A DNA stretch of 64,000 nucleotides from Aureliella sp. (GCA_963691875.1 OY829846.1:1888001-1952000), one strand, 5' to 3'; counted from the stretch's first letter, positions 40,340-50,549 are shown. Notes: generated by a model not told the origin, from the sequence alone. Numbers and translations: made by a program.

Positions 40340-41152
40340 ATGGATTTTGTTGTCGACTTAGCACAGTTCAGTGGACCTCTCGATCTGCTGCTCCACATCG
40401 TCCGCCGAGAAGAACTCGAGCTGGCGAAACTGCCTCTCGCGCGAATCACCGAACAGTACCTAGACTTCCTAGAGGTCCTAGTCGAACTGCAGATCGATGA
40501 TGTCGCTGACTTTCTAGAAGTGGCAAGTTTGCTGGTCGAGATGAAATCCAAGCAAGCAATCCCGCGAAGCGAGGAAGAGGCTCAGGCAGACGAGGCCGAG
40601 GCGCTGAACGAAATGAGCGACGAACTTGTGTTCCGGCTCATGGAATACAAACGCATTCGGGACGCCGCGTCAATTCTTCAAGAGCGCGGCGAGACTTGGC
40701 AGCTTCGGTATTCACGACTTGCGAATGAACTTCCTGTTCGCCGAACTGGAATCGGCGAACAACCCATCCAGCCTATAGAAATCTGGGACTTGGTCAGTGC
40801 TTTTGGCCGCATTCTGCGCGAGCGCCAGCCACCTGCCCCGACCGTCGTTTATGACGACACCCCAATTCACACCTACATGGAACGAATTCACGGCCAGGTC
40901 TGCTCGGAAGGACGCGTCGAACTGACCAGCTTATTCCAACCTGGCATGCACAAGAGCTCCTTGGTCGCGATGTTCCTCGCGACACTCGAGCTGACTCGCC
41001 ACCACGGATTGAGGACCGATCAGACCGATGCCGGCCATCCTCTCTATTTGCTTGCCGGCGAAGAGTTTAAACAAGAACTCGATGTAGCAAAGTTGGAAAA
41101 CCTGTCCTTTGAGCAAATGGCGAACTCCAATATGCCAGTTGCCGGCAGGTAG
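40340..41152 (+). CDS. scpA: Segregation and condensation protein A (kleisin)
   Basis: FSGPLDLLLHIV, ITEQYLDFL, ADFLEVASLLVEMKSK, LMEYKRIRDAA, VAMFLATLEL. Confidence 0.92.
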   Translation: MDFVVDLAQFSGPLDLLLHIVRREELELAKLPLARITEQYLDFLEVLVELQIDDVADFLEVASLLVEMKSKQAIPRSEEEAQADEAEALNEMSDELVFRLMEYKRIRDAASILQERGETWQLRYSRLANELPVRRTGIGEQPIQPIEIWDLVSAFGRILRERQPPAPTVVYDDTPIHTYMERIHGQVCSEGRVELTSLFQPGMHKSSLVAMFLATLELTRHHGLRTDQTDAGHPLYLLAGEEFKQELDVAKLENLSFEQMANSNMPVAGR

Positions 41153-41165
41153 CTCGAGCGCAGAG

Positions 41166-42635
41166 TCAAGACTCCAATGCTTTGAGTTTTTCTCGTAGGG
41201 TAGCACGGTGCATTCCGAGAAGTTCTGCAGCTTTGCTTCGGTTCCCACCGCATTGCTGTAGCGCGAGCTCAAAGAGAATGGGCTCGATTTTCGACAAGAG
41301 CGTTTCGTGTATACCGACAGCGTTTTCGTTGCCCTCGAGTTGATTCGCAAACCAAGCGCGCACAGCACGTTCCAGCTTCGCTTCACCTGACTGCTGCGTG
41401 CTCATCTGAGAGGGGCGGTTGGGCTGTGCTACAGGAAAATCCTCAAGCATGACCGGTCTTCCTCGCGCCAAAACCGCGGCGTGCTCTACTGCATTCCGCA
41501 ATTCGCGAACGTTGCCATACCACGGCCGTTGCTTCAGTTGAACAAGTAACTCTGCGCTTATGGCACCTGAAGAGTGATAGCTAAACTTCGACAGGAAGTG
41601 CTCACAAAGTGCCGCTATATCTTCCTTGCGTTCTCTCAAGGGCGGCAGGTGCATCTGCAAACCGTTGAGTCGGTAAAAGAGATCTTCGCGGAAGGTCCCG
41701 TCGGCGACCGCTTGCTGCAGATCGCAATTTGTCGCGGCGAGGATTCGGACATTGCAAGGACGTGGGCGCACATCACCAACACGAAAGTACTCACGTTGAT
41801 CAAGAACACGCAGAAGTTTCACTTGAGTAGCAAGAGGCAGGTCGCCGATTTCGTCGAGTAAAACGGTCCCACCTTCCGCTTGCTCGAAAACACCTGACCG
41901 ATCACGCGTGGCACCAGTAAAAGCACCTTGAGCGTGCCCAAACAACTCGCTTTCAATCAAATCATCGTTCAGCGCCACGAGTGCAATGGGTAGATAAGGA
42001 GCCGTGTTTCTTGGGCTGTGCCGATGAATCGCAGCGGCGACCAATTCTTTTCCGGTGCCTGTTTCCCCTGTGATCAAGACGGACAGATCACTGTCGGCGA
42101 CCAGGGCGATTTGCCGGAACACCTGCTGCATCGGCGCAGAACTTCCCACGAGCTGCATTCGGTCCGTATTCGGCGTCGCTGCCGACGCCGATTCAGCAGA
42201 AGCGTCCTCAGGGACATCAATCACTTTGCGAAAGTGGTTTGCAAGTGCGTTGCGACAACTCTTCTTCACCTCTTCCAAATCGAATGGCTTAGTGACATAA
42301 TCCGTTGCACCTTGCTGTACTGCTGTCACGGCCGTTTCAAGATCACCAAAAGCAGTCATGATGATAACAGGAGCTTCCGCTGATTCTTCTCGGAAAGTCG
42401 GCAGCGCGCTAAGCCCGTCTTGCTTCGGTAGACGCACATCTAGCAATATCAGATCAGGCCTTCGCTCCTCCAACATGGCGAGCCCGTCTTCCGCTGACGA
42501 ACAAGTGACGACTTCATGCCCCTCAGACACAAACATTCGTTCGAACGCCCAGCATATCGCAGGCTCGTCATCGACGACGAGAATCAAGCTGCGCGGAACA
42601 GCCTTAGTGTCCAGCTCAGTTTCCGTATGGCTCAC
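41166..42635 (-). CDS. Sigma-54-dependent response regulator (NtrC/AtoC-like)
   Basis: Receiver motifs VVDDE and LLDVRLP; GETGTGKE; GAFTGA; LLDEIGD; FREDLFYRL; WYGNVREL; Fis-type HTH GNRSKAAELLGMHRATL. Confidence 0.96.
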   Translation of the reverse strand: MSHTETELDTKAVPRSLILVVDDEPAICWAFERMFVSEGHEVVTCSSAEDGLAMLEERRPDLILLDVRLPKQDGLSALPTFREESAEAPVIIMTAFGDLETAVTAVQQGATDYVTKPFDLEEVKKSCRNALANHFRKVIDVPEDASAESASAATPNTDRMQLVGSSAPMQQVFRQIALVADSDLSVLITGETGTGKELVAAAIHRHSPRNTAPYLPIALVALNDDLIESELFGHAQGAFTGATRDRSGVFEQAEGGTVLLDEIGDLPLATQVKLLRVLDQREYFRVGDVRPRPCNVRILAATNCDLQQAVADGTFREDLFYRLNGLQMHLPPLRERKEDIAALCEHFLSKFSYHSSGAISAELLVQLKQRPWYGNVRELRNAVEHAAVLARGRPVMLEDFPVAQPNRPSQMSTQQSGEAKLERAVRAWFANQLEGNENAVGIHETLLSKIEPILFELALQQCGGNRSKAAELLGMHRATLREKLKALES

Positions 42636-42681
42636 AAAGTCCTCAGAGTTCTGCGTGTTTCATCACTATTGGTAATCATTT

Positions 42682-44034
42682 TCAGCCGCTAGATTGGACG
42701 GCGCACTGGAATTCAAAAACGGTCCAACCTTCCTCTCGGTGCCATTCTACTTTGCCTTGAAGTTGTTCGGCAGAGCGTTTTACCAGTGGTAGACCAAGTC
42801 CCATCCCTTCCGGTTTCGTGGTCACGAAAGGTTCGAAGATCTCATTTTCGATCCCCGAATCCACACCCGGACCATTGTCGCGAACCACGACCGAAAGGAG
42901 TTCTGGACCTTGAATGCATGCGTGAACCGCCACACAATCTGCGACTTGAACTGCATTCAAAATCAGGTTCGAAATCGCAGCCTGAAAGCTACCGGCATCC
43001 GCCAAACTGCAATCCACCTCTCCCAGCATCAGATCCCACGTTAGTTTGCACTGCAAGTGCGCGGCAATGGAAGTCATATTATCCTGCAAATCTCGAAGCA
43101 CCTGGTCCAATTGCCCCGGTTCAGGTGCACCTTGCTGACCTCTACCGACCAGCAGAAGTCGCTTAACGTAGTCCTCCGCTACCCCGAGTTGCCGCAATGC
43201 AACTTGTACTTCTTCACTCTGACTAGATAAAGACTGGGCATGCAACTCGATAGCCAGTTTAGAACCCGTCAGAGTGTTCCGAAGCTGGTGTGCCATGCCG
43301 CCCGCGACCTGGTGAAGCAATTTCGAGCTTTGCTGCCGGTTCACTTCATTCCAAAGCTGCTGCAGCTGTGCAGCCATCGAGTCGACGGCTCGACCGAGAC
43401 GTCCTAGCTCATCGTCGCCCTTCTCTTCGCTCCGCACATCGAACTCACCTGCCGCAACCGACGCAACGCGCTGCTCCATTACTCCGAGCCGACGCGCCAA
43501 ACTATTTGCCAGCCAAAGCATGACGATACTCAATAGCAGAATCGTGGAAATTCCGGTAAGCAAAGGCAAGAACGCGGCGCGCCGACTGGCCGCATCCACC
43601 GCCGCCTTATCAAACAGAATATGAATGCGAGTGTCTGCGTTGGTGGCGCCGGTTAGCGTACCTGAAAACCGCAAGAAGTCTCTCGCCGCGATGGCGCAAG
43701 GCTGCGGTGACATGTCGAAATTCTTTATCTGCGTCAGGTCTGTATTGGAATGCTCAAGCTCCAGGCTGCTCTGAATCGATCCACGTTTGGTGATTGCGAC
43801 TAGTTCGCAGCCAGTCAGCTGCGTTAAGGAATTCACCACGTTACCTGTCAGCGGAAACGATGCCTTATCGAGCGTGTTTCGAACCGCTTCCGCCCGCTCC
43901 TGAACATCGTTGCTAGCCCACTGACTTCCCCACGAAAAAGAGAACACCCCTACGGCTGAAGCTGCGCTGATGGCGGCAGCTAGAATGGGAATCAACAGCC
44001 GAAAGCGAAAAGACTGATACCAAGCAGTTTGCAA
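42682..44034 (-). CDS. HAMP-domain sensor histidine kinase
   Basis: Two TM helices; HAMP DDELGRLGRAVDSM; H-box MAHQLRN; NLILNA; DNGPG; FVTTKPEGMGLGL. Confidence 0.95.
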   Translation of the reverse strand: MQTAWYQSFRFRLLIPILAAAISAASAVGVFSFSWGSQWASNDVQERAEAVRNTLDKASFPLTGNVVNSLTQLTGCELVAITKRGSIQSSLELEHSNTDLTQIKNFDMSPQPCAIAARDFLRFSGTLTGATNADTRIHILFDKAAVDAASRRAAFLPLLTGISTILLLSIVMLWLANSLARRLGVMEQRVASVAAGEFDVRSEEKGDDELGRLGRAVDSMAAQLQQLWNEVNRQQSSKLLHQVAGGMAHQLRNTLTGSKLAIELHAQSLSSQSEEVQVALRQLGVAEDYVKRLLLVGRGQQGAPEPGQLDQVLRDLQDNMTSIAAHLQCKLTWDLMLGEVDCSLADAGSFQAAISNLILNAVQVADCVAVHACIQGPELLSVVVRDNGPGVDSGIENEIFEPFVTTKPEGMGLGLPLVKRSAEQLQGKVEWHREEGWTVFEFQCAVQSSG

Positions 44035-44108
44035 AACGGGCGAACCATCTGTTCAAGAGAGAAAAATCCGCGGCCAAAGCCAAGCTCTGCATTATAGGCG
44101 TAATGCCC

Positions 44109-44146
44109 TGGTAGAAACTTCGCCAACACAGACCAAACTTCTGCCA
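44109..44146. promoter_or_regulatory. Candidate upstream activator (enhancer) sites
   Basis: tggtagaaacttcgcca (imperfect palindrome) and agaccaaacttctgcca, 21 bp apart and ~110-145 bp upstream of the sigma-54 promoter. Confidence 0.45.
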
Positions 44147-44254
44147 CTGGGAGAGCAATGGGACAAGCTGATCAACTGAGAACTGTGGTGCGTTTTTCGG
44201 TCGGCCTGGATGTATCGGTAGTTTTTTCCGGCTCGCAGTGCTTTGCTTTCTAGT

Positions 44255-44270
44255 TGGCACAACGATTGCG
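44255..44270 (+). promoter_or_regulatory. Sigma-54 (-24/-12) promoter
   Basis: TGGCAC-AACGA-TTGC(G) with exact GG-N10-GC spacing, ~105 bp upstream of the DUF1559 gene and beside a sigma-54 activator. Confidence 0.85.
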
Positions 44271-44373
44271 GTGGCATTAGTCAGTAACCTCCGAAAGCAG
44301 AGCTAAACTTGAAGCAGCTGGCTGCTATCCAGCGGCGATTGCAGCGTGAAATACTCCCAGTAACGACCGACTG

Positions 44374-45435
44374 ATGCCAGAGAAGCAGCAGACATTTGAA
44401 CAGAACCTGCCCAATTGGAATGGAGCATCCGTTGGTCGTAGTGCCTTCACGTTGGTCGAGCTACTCGTAGTATTAGCGATCATCGGCATACTCGTCGGCT
44501 TGCTGCTACCAGCTGTGCAAGCGGCCCGCGAAGCAGCGAGGCGCATGAGCTGCCAGAATAATCTGAAGCAACTGTCTCTGGCTTGCCTTAACTACGAAAG
44601 TGCTCACAAACGACTGCCCGCGTCAACGATCATTGATTTCCGGCTCGGCAACATCTCGAACAATGGTAGCTGGGGCGTACACGGCAGGATTCTGCCTTAC
44701 CTGGAACAATCCAACTTGTACGCTCGCGTCGACCTATCAATGGGCTGGGACAATCAATCTGTCATTTCCGGGCTACGCATTCCGGTTTACTCTTGCCCCA
44801 GCGATCCATTGGCGGAAGAGGTGCGAGATCCGGGACGAGGTCGTCCCCTGCTCTATCCGACCAACTACGGCTTCAACATGGGGCGGTACTTCGTCTACAA
44901 CCCACAGACAAGACGCGGCGGTGAAGGATTGTTTTACCCCAATTCGCACCTCAAGCTTGGAAGCATTACCGACGGAACGAGTTCAACTTTGCTTGCTAGC
45001 GAAGTCAAAGCTTGGACGCCTTACACGCGGAACGGCGGCCCATCCGCCACCTCGATCCCCGCAACTCCGGCGGAAGCTGCTGCAATAGTTCACAGCGGAA
45101 CGCAGTTCAAGAATACCGGTCACACGGAATGGCCAGACGGCAGAGTGCACCACACTGGTTTTACCACCGCCTTGTCGCCGAATACCGAAGTGCTTTACAC
45201 CAATGGCGCTGATACCTACGAAGAGATGGACTTCAATTCTTGGCAGGAGGGTAAAAATGGATCTGCCGGCCCGCCTAGCTATGCGATCATCACTTCACGT
45301 AGCTTTCATACAGGTATCGTGAACTCAACACTTGCCGATGGCTCAGTGCAATCGATCAGTGAGAATATTGATCTAGCCATCTGGCGAGCCTACTCGACAC
45401 GCTCTGGCGGGGAAGTGATACAGGTCGACCATTAG
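44374..45435 (+). CDS. DUF1559 family prepilin-type (PulG-like) protein
   Basis: [47 protein letters not shown], and C-terminal H-X9-DG motif [16 protein letters not shown]. Confidence 0.96.
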   Translation: MPEKQQTFEQNLPNWNGASVGRSAFTLVELLVVLAIIGILVGLLLPAVQAAREAARRMSCQNNLKQLSLACLNYESAHKRLPASTIIDFRLGNISNNGSWGVHGRILPYLEQSNLYARVDLSMGWDNQSVISGLRIPVYSCPSDPLAEEVRDPGRGRPLLYPTNYGFNMGRYFVYNPQTRRGGEGLFYPNSHLKLGSITDGTSSTLLASEVKAWTPYTRNGGPSATSIPATPAEAAAIVHSGTQFKNTGHTEWPDGRVHHTGFTTALSPNTEVLYTNGADTYEEMDFNSWQEGKNGSAGPPSYAIITSRSFHTGIVNSTLADGSVQSISENIDLAIWRAYSTRSGGEVIQVDH

Positions 45436-45439
45436 TTGC

Positions 45440-45870
45440 ATCAGGTCCTAAAAGAGTTCAACAGTCTATGGAGCGGGCCCTGCAAAGATTGCTTCCGCTA
45501 GCTCGACAGCTTCCGTGGTTCAGGCTCTCACACGTCCTTGCTTGGCCAGTTGCGCATGGGTGTATATTGACGTGTAAGGCGAAACGAGTGTTGAATACTC
45601 ATTCCCAATCTGCACTAGCGCTAGGCTCCAAGTCACTCCAGGTTCCAAAACGCCTGTGCCATCTTGGACTCAGTTGGCTCGACTAAAGATAGGAAGTGGA
45701 AGTCCGACCAACTGTCGCAAAATTCGCTGCCACATGCCATCGGTGCGATCGATATTCCCATTGTGGATTCGACCTCGATGCTCGGCAAACTTTGTTAGGA
45801 CTTCAAAGTCGGGAGTGAGCGTTCGATTGGCTTGAAGCTCCGCTGCATTTTGATGTTCTTGAAGGAGGGT
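45440..45870 (-). pseudogene. Possible DUF4166-like gene remnant
   Basis: GNIDRTDGMWQRILRQLVGLP, then WHRRFG (45644-45661) after a frameshift. Boundaries are uncertain. Confidence 0.35.
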
Positions 45871-46410
45871 ATCTTCAAAGAGTACTCGATCAGATGCCCG
45901 AGATTTCAAACCCCTCACTTCGGTACATCCACGTGTGTAAGCGTAGAGTGCCGCTATCGGCATACCTATCAAATAGTTCGCTGAGAGTAGGTAGCAGCGG
46001 ATGCTTGCAGGCTCCCGAGCACCGATATCCTGAATCAATCCCCACGCCAGAAACACCAGCACTTGCAACTCGCTGATCGCCGTACCACTGCCCCCTTCCG
46101 TAAAAGGCTAAGCCGCCTGAGAACGCACCTTGTTGCGGAGCCCCACTCCGAACGCAACGAATCTTGTCGCGCCCAACACGATCAATGTAGGTCTGCTAGA
46201 CGTCCGGGTTGCAGTCGTGAAGTGATCCCCAACCACCGAACTGCACTTCTCGACCGTATCGCCGAAGTTGCTGACAGACCATTCTGATATTGAAAAATCC
46301 TTGTAGAAGCACTTTCGGATGTGTTTTCAGACACCAGTCGCTAACGAACTCCGTTTGGCAACTGTGCCTCGCATAACGTCTCTGCGAGATAATTCTTGAA
46401 GCGGCGAAGT

Positions 46411-46968
46411 TCACTTGGCGAGCCTGCTTTCAGATCGCAGGAGGGCCAAATGCAGAATGGCGGTACAAGTTGGACTGTGTGTTATTTCACTCGCGCGGAC
46501 CATTTCCACGGCTTCGCCGAGCCCTAGCTCCACCGCTTCGATGAGTTCCGTGCCCTCAGGATTCTTGTCGCAAGTTGACAGTTCTTGTGCGAGGAACAGA
46601 TCGACACGTGAAAAAACTGCAGCTGTGAAAGGATCGACCGTCCCGAGATGCGACCACTTGGCCGCGCGCAAACCGAGCTCTTCCGCCAATTCGCGTTCTG
46701 CAGCTTGCTCAGGCGACTCGCCTTCTTCAATCCCGCCACTGACTCCTTCGATCGTGACTTTTCCGACAGCGTAGTGAAATTCTTTGGTTAAATGCAATCT
46801 TACGCGATCGTCCAAAGCAAGCACGCATACGCCAGACTTGATCTGCACTGTTGCGTACGAGCCGGGGGCTCCATCCGGACGAGTCACTTCATCACGATAG
46901 ACTGCAAGCCAGGGATCGGAATACACATTCTTCGTAGAATGAATTGTCCAGGGGCCATGTTTTCGCAT
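46411..46968 (-). CDS. NUDIX hydrolase (ADP-ribose pyrophosphatase-like)
   Basis: Nudix box GGIEEGESPEQAAERELAEELG. Confidence 0.93.
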   Translation of the reverse strand: MRKHGPWTIHSTKNVYSDPWLAVYRDEVTRPDGAPGSYATVQIKSGVCVLALDDRVRLHLTKEFHYAVGKVTIEGVSGGIEEGESPEQAAERELAEELGLRAAKWSHLGTVDPFTAAVFSRVDLFLAQELSTCDKNPEGTELIEAVELGLGEAVEMVRASEITHSPTCTAILHLALLRSESRLAK

Positions 46969-47238
46969 CTGTATTCCTTTGCTTAGAATCGCTCCTCGCC
47001 TCGTCCAATTCCCGCAAAGTTTAAGAGAATGGGCAAAGTTTTACAGCAAGAACGCAACGCTTTGGCAGGGAATTTGTTCCCAAAAGTTCATCAGACCCTG
47101 CCAGCAAATTGCCTTCAGCTAAAATGAGCGGGTAAGCAGCAAAAAACGAATACAACGAGAAAGACTTGCGAATCTCAATTCGTATTCTCATGGGATCGAG
47201 TCAAGCGGTTGCAGGTCACGAAAAAGTGAAAAGGCAGT

Positions 47239-48420
47239 ATGTCAGAAGATCTAGGACAGCAGAATTCATTCGACATTGAGTTCTCCGTACCTCAATTTCA
47301 TCGGCTTAGATTTACACAGGACTGTTTTGGAAGCGAATTCCCTATCTTACAAGATCTTTTTGAAGCGTCCGTTAATCAAAGAGCTAGGCTCCAAGTCTGG
47401 GTAGACTCGGGACTAGTCGAGCACGATTCAGGTTTGGTGGAAAGCATCACTCAGCAGTTCTCGCAAACTCCGGGCATCGAGCTCACATCTCCAGTGCAAC
47501 AAATCGCTGGAGGCGAGATCGTCAAGAATGAGCCCGAAGTAGTCAATCGACTGCTGCAGGCGATCGATGACGACAACTTGGATCGTCGCAGCTATGTGGT
47601 CGTGGTTGGTGGCGGGGCCGTTCTAGACACTGTTGGATACGCGACTGCAATCGCTCATCGCGGGTTGCGACTCGTCCGACTCCCGACGACGACACTTTCG
47701 CAGGCTGATTCAGGTGTCGGCGTGAAGAACGCTGTCAATTGGTTTGGCAAGAAGAATTGGAAAGGCACTTTCGCCACCCCTTGGGCCGTAGTCAACGACA
47801 GCAAGTTACTTGAAGGTCTCAGCGATCGTGATTTTCGCTGCGGCTTTTCGGAAGCGGTCAAAGTTGCATTGCTGAAGGATGCAGATTTCTTTTACTACCT
47901 CTGCGAAAATGCAGCCAAGATTGCCGCTCGAGAAAGCGAGCCATCGCATCACGCGATCAAAAAAAGTGTCTTATTGCACTTGAAGCACATTACCCGCGGC
48001 GGCGATCCTTTCGAAGTACAGCAAGCGCGTCCACTAGATTTCGGACACTGGGTCGCTCACAAGCTGGAGGCAGTCACTAACTATCGCCTCCGACACGGAG
48101 AAGCGGTTTCAATCGGAGTAGCCGTTGACACAGCGTATTCCTATTTGACGCAACACTTGCCGTTAGAAATTGCCGAACAAACTTTTGCATCACTTCAAGG
48201 TCTTGAGCTCCCGATTTGGGACTTCAGTCTGAAGGATGAGGTCCTCTTCGAAGGCCTTGAAGAGTTCCGGCAGCACCTTGGTGGAGAATTGACCATTACC
48301 TTGCTTCAAGATGCCGGACGACCAATCGATGTGCACCACATCAAACTGGCCGCTATGCGTGAGGCAATTCAGATGGTCAGCTACTACGCCAACATAGATC
48401 TGAGTTCGCCTGTTATTTGA
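47239..48420 (+). CDS. 3-dehydroquinate synthase-like sugar-phosphate cyclase (EboD-type)
   Basis: GGEIVKN, DRRSYVVVVGGGAVLD, LPTTTLSQADSGVGVKN, GKKNWKGTF, GDPFE...RPLDFGHW, LRHGEAV, GLEEFRQHLGG. Confidence 0.88.
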   Translation: MSEDLGQQNSFDIEFSVPQFHRLRFTQDCFGSEFPILQDLFEASVNQRARLQVWVDSGLVEHDSGLVESITQQFSQTPGIELTSPVQQIAGGEIVKNEPEVVNRLLQAIDDDNLDRRSYVVVVGGGAVLDTVGYATAIAHRGLRLVRLPTTTLSQADSGVGVKNAVNWFGKKNWKGTFATPWAVVNDSKLLEGLSDRDFRCGFSEAVKVALLKDADFFYYLCENAAKIAARESEPSHHAIKKSVLLHLKHITRGGDPFEVQQARPLDFGHWVAHKLEAVTNYRLRHGEAVSIGVAVDTAYSYLTQHLPLEIAEQTFASLQGLELPIWDFSLKDEVLFEGLEEFRQHLGGELTITLLQDAGRPIDVHHIKLAAMREAIQMVSYYANIDLSSPVI

Positions 48421-48428
48421 GCTGCATT

Positions 48429-50549
48429 CTAAGTTGCCAATCGCCTATCGGCGGAATTATTGGAGTTAGCATTTTGTAGTTCACGTCGCTTGGGTAGCTT
48501 TGGCAATCGGTCCTCATCCGTCTCCGACAGATATCGCACCTCGCCGAAGCCACGGTACCACTTCGCCAATGGCTCCATACTTGGCCCCGCTTGTTCTCGA
48601 AGCCGACAGGCAAACTCGTGGCAAGTTTCATTTGGCTCACGTATCCAGCCAACACTCTTCGCCAACGCATCTGCCCTCAGCATCAAGTCGGAGCAGAATC
48701 GAAATTCCCTCATGCGGCGCTGCCTTTTTCTCCGCTGCCATCTCCAAATCAATAGAGCAATTGGAAGCGCAAGGGGAACAAGCCAAAGCAATCTCTGCAA
48801 CTCGCGGCCAAAAACTAGCCTGCGAATGGAGAACCAAAACTCCATTGCGGTGGACCAGATAGAAGCCTCTCTCCGCCTTGCTTGACGCAGACTCGCTTGT
48901 ACCTTTGTCTGATCGAACCTCTCGACGTACTCCCGAATACCAGTTGTTGGCTCGAGCACGGCCCACCGCTTGAGTTCTTTATCGTAGGCCTCCAACCACG
49001 CATGCGCCTTGTCACCGGTGGCCATATAAAAATCAAGACTCTCATTCATCTCATAGACCAGATATCCGGTGCTGACACGAGCTGGAATGCCTCGTGCACG
49101 CAACATCAAGGTTGCTGCCGTAGCGAAATATTCGCAGTGCGCATCTCTTCGTTCCTCCAAGAAGGCTTGAAGGGCAGTACGTCCCGCCAAGTTTTCTTCC
49201 GGCTCTGCTAGTAGCGAGTAGTGAAATTTCTCGACGAAGAATTTCTCAATAGCTTGCATCTGTTGTGACGAGGTCGTGCTTCCCTGGCATATTTCGGAAG
49301 CGATCTGGTTAATATGCTCGGCTTCGCGGTCTGGGATGGCTAATAGTGACCCCAAATAATTTGGGTGGTCCGAGGGCTGCAATAATGGACCTGTAACAAC
49401 ACCGTACTGAGCATTTTGAATCTCCCCAGGCATCACATTCAAGTGGCGATCTACCACGATTCCCGCTTCACGCTCCACTTCGCCGACCAGCACAACTGCG
49501 TTCAACGGTACCGGGGTGAGCTTGCCGCTTCGCTCCTCAACTTCCACCGTCATCGCGCAATCAAGCGGCACAGACTCTTCTGCAAGAGAGTAAGCGAGAG
49601 GCTTCTGCACACGATATAGCGTTTCGGGGAAGGCCCAACCGCTGGAAACTTGAGTGAGTGGTACGAGATCGGAACAGAGTCCAGCAATCGGAGAGCGTTT
49701 TTGCTCCCTCCAACTTCGACCGTCGAAGGAGTCGAAACTCAGTGTGCGCATGTAACCGGGTGCCTTTGGAGCATAAACGCTAAAGACAAGTTCGCCGCCT
49801 CTCGTTCGCATGTACTGAGCGATGCTGTTTAGTCCCACTTCTTGTACAAACGCCGAGTTTGCGTTGACCCGCGTATTCTCTTGCTGCAGATCCCAATAGC
49901 CGCTGATCCACTGAATCATTTGTGGCAACGCCTGCTCTATTTCACTCCGTGAAAGACTGCCGAAGGTCATTGAGAATACTGCTAGCATCCCAAGCAAACT
50001 ACCCTTGCGACGCTTTAGCCCGGATTGGAATAACGAAAAGACAAGATCACTCCGCAACAAACCAAATGTTGCTGCGGTAAAGGCGGCGTAAATCCAGGCT
50101 AGCCTCGCCGCCGGCACTCGAAAATCGAGTGAAACCATGAGCAAAGCTATGGTCAACGCGGCCAGACCGGGAAGATAATTCGTATCCAATCCGCTGCGTA
50201 TCCGCATCAACTCAAAAGCTTGCACGAGCAGTAAGTACTGGGCGAACAGGCGGAAGAGACTCAGTACGGAATAGTCGCTCGTAAGCCTTATAACGCCAGC
50301 CAAGAAGAAACAGATCCCTGCCAGAACAAGCAAAGCAGCATGAGTTCGCCCTGAGAGCTGTCGATGCTTGAACGGCAACCAAGGTGCGATCGCCAGCCCC
50401 GCCACGATAATTGCCGATCCGAATTCTGACTGAAAAGTGCAGAAAAGCGCAACCTGTGCAAGCAGCAGAATGGAAACCACCGCTCTTCGCTGCAATGCAT
50501 TCCTCGATTCATTAACCCGCTCTGCTTGTTGTGATAGTGCGTACAACAA
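48429..50549 (-). CDS. Membrane transglutaminase-like (TgpA/DUF3488-type) protein; true start may be TTG at 50495
   Basis: N-terminal TM helices; YMRTLSFDSFDGRSW; HCEYFATA...RARGIPARVSTGY; AHAWLEAY; LEPT. GAGGA lies 5 nt before the TTG at 50495. Confidence 0.88.
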   Translation of the reverse strand: MLYALSQQAERVNESRNALQRRAVVSILLLAQVALFCTFQSEFGSAIIVAGLAIAPWLPFKHRQLSGRTHAALLVLAGICFFLAGVIRLTSDYSVLSLFRLFAQYLLLVQAFELMRIRSGLDTNYLPGLAALTIALLMVSLDFRVPAARLAWIYAAFTAATFGLLRSDLVFSLFQSGLKRRKGSLLGMLAVFSMTFGSLSRSEIEQALPQMIQWISGYWDLQQENTRVNANSAFVQEVGLNSIAQYMRTRGGELVFSVYAPKAPGYMRTLSFDSFDGRSWREQKRSPIAGLCSDLVPLTQVSSGWAFPETLYRVQKPLAYSLAEESVPLDCAMTVEVEERSGKLTPVPLNAVVLVGEVEREAGIVVDRHLNVMPGEIQNAQYGVVTGPLLQPSDHPNYLGSLLAIPDREAEHINQIASEICQGSTTSSQQMQAIEKFFVEKFHYSLLAEPEENLAGRTALQAFLEERRDAHCEYFATAATLMLRARGIPARVSTGYLVYEMNESLDFYMATGDKAHAWLEAYDKELKRWAVLEPTTGIREYVERFDQTKVQASLRQARRREASIWSTAMEFWFSIRRLVFGRELQRLLWLVPLALPIALLIWRWQRRKRQRRMREFRFCSDLMLRADALAKSVGWIREPNETCHEFACRLREQAGPSMEPLAKWYRGFGEVRYLSETDEDRLPKLPKRRELQNANSNNSADRRLAT

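Noticed and set aside
47010..47190. gcaaagttt pair and two loose inverted repeats between the NUDIX and DHQS-like genes
   Set aside because: Short stems with long loops, within chance expectation
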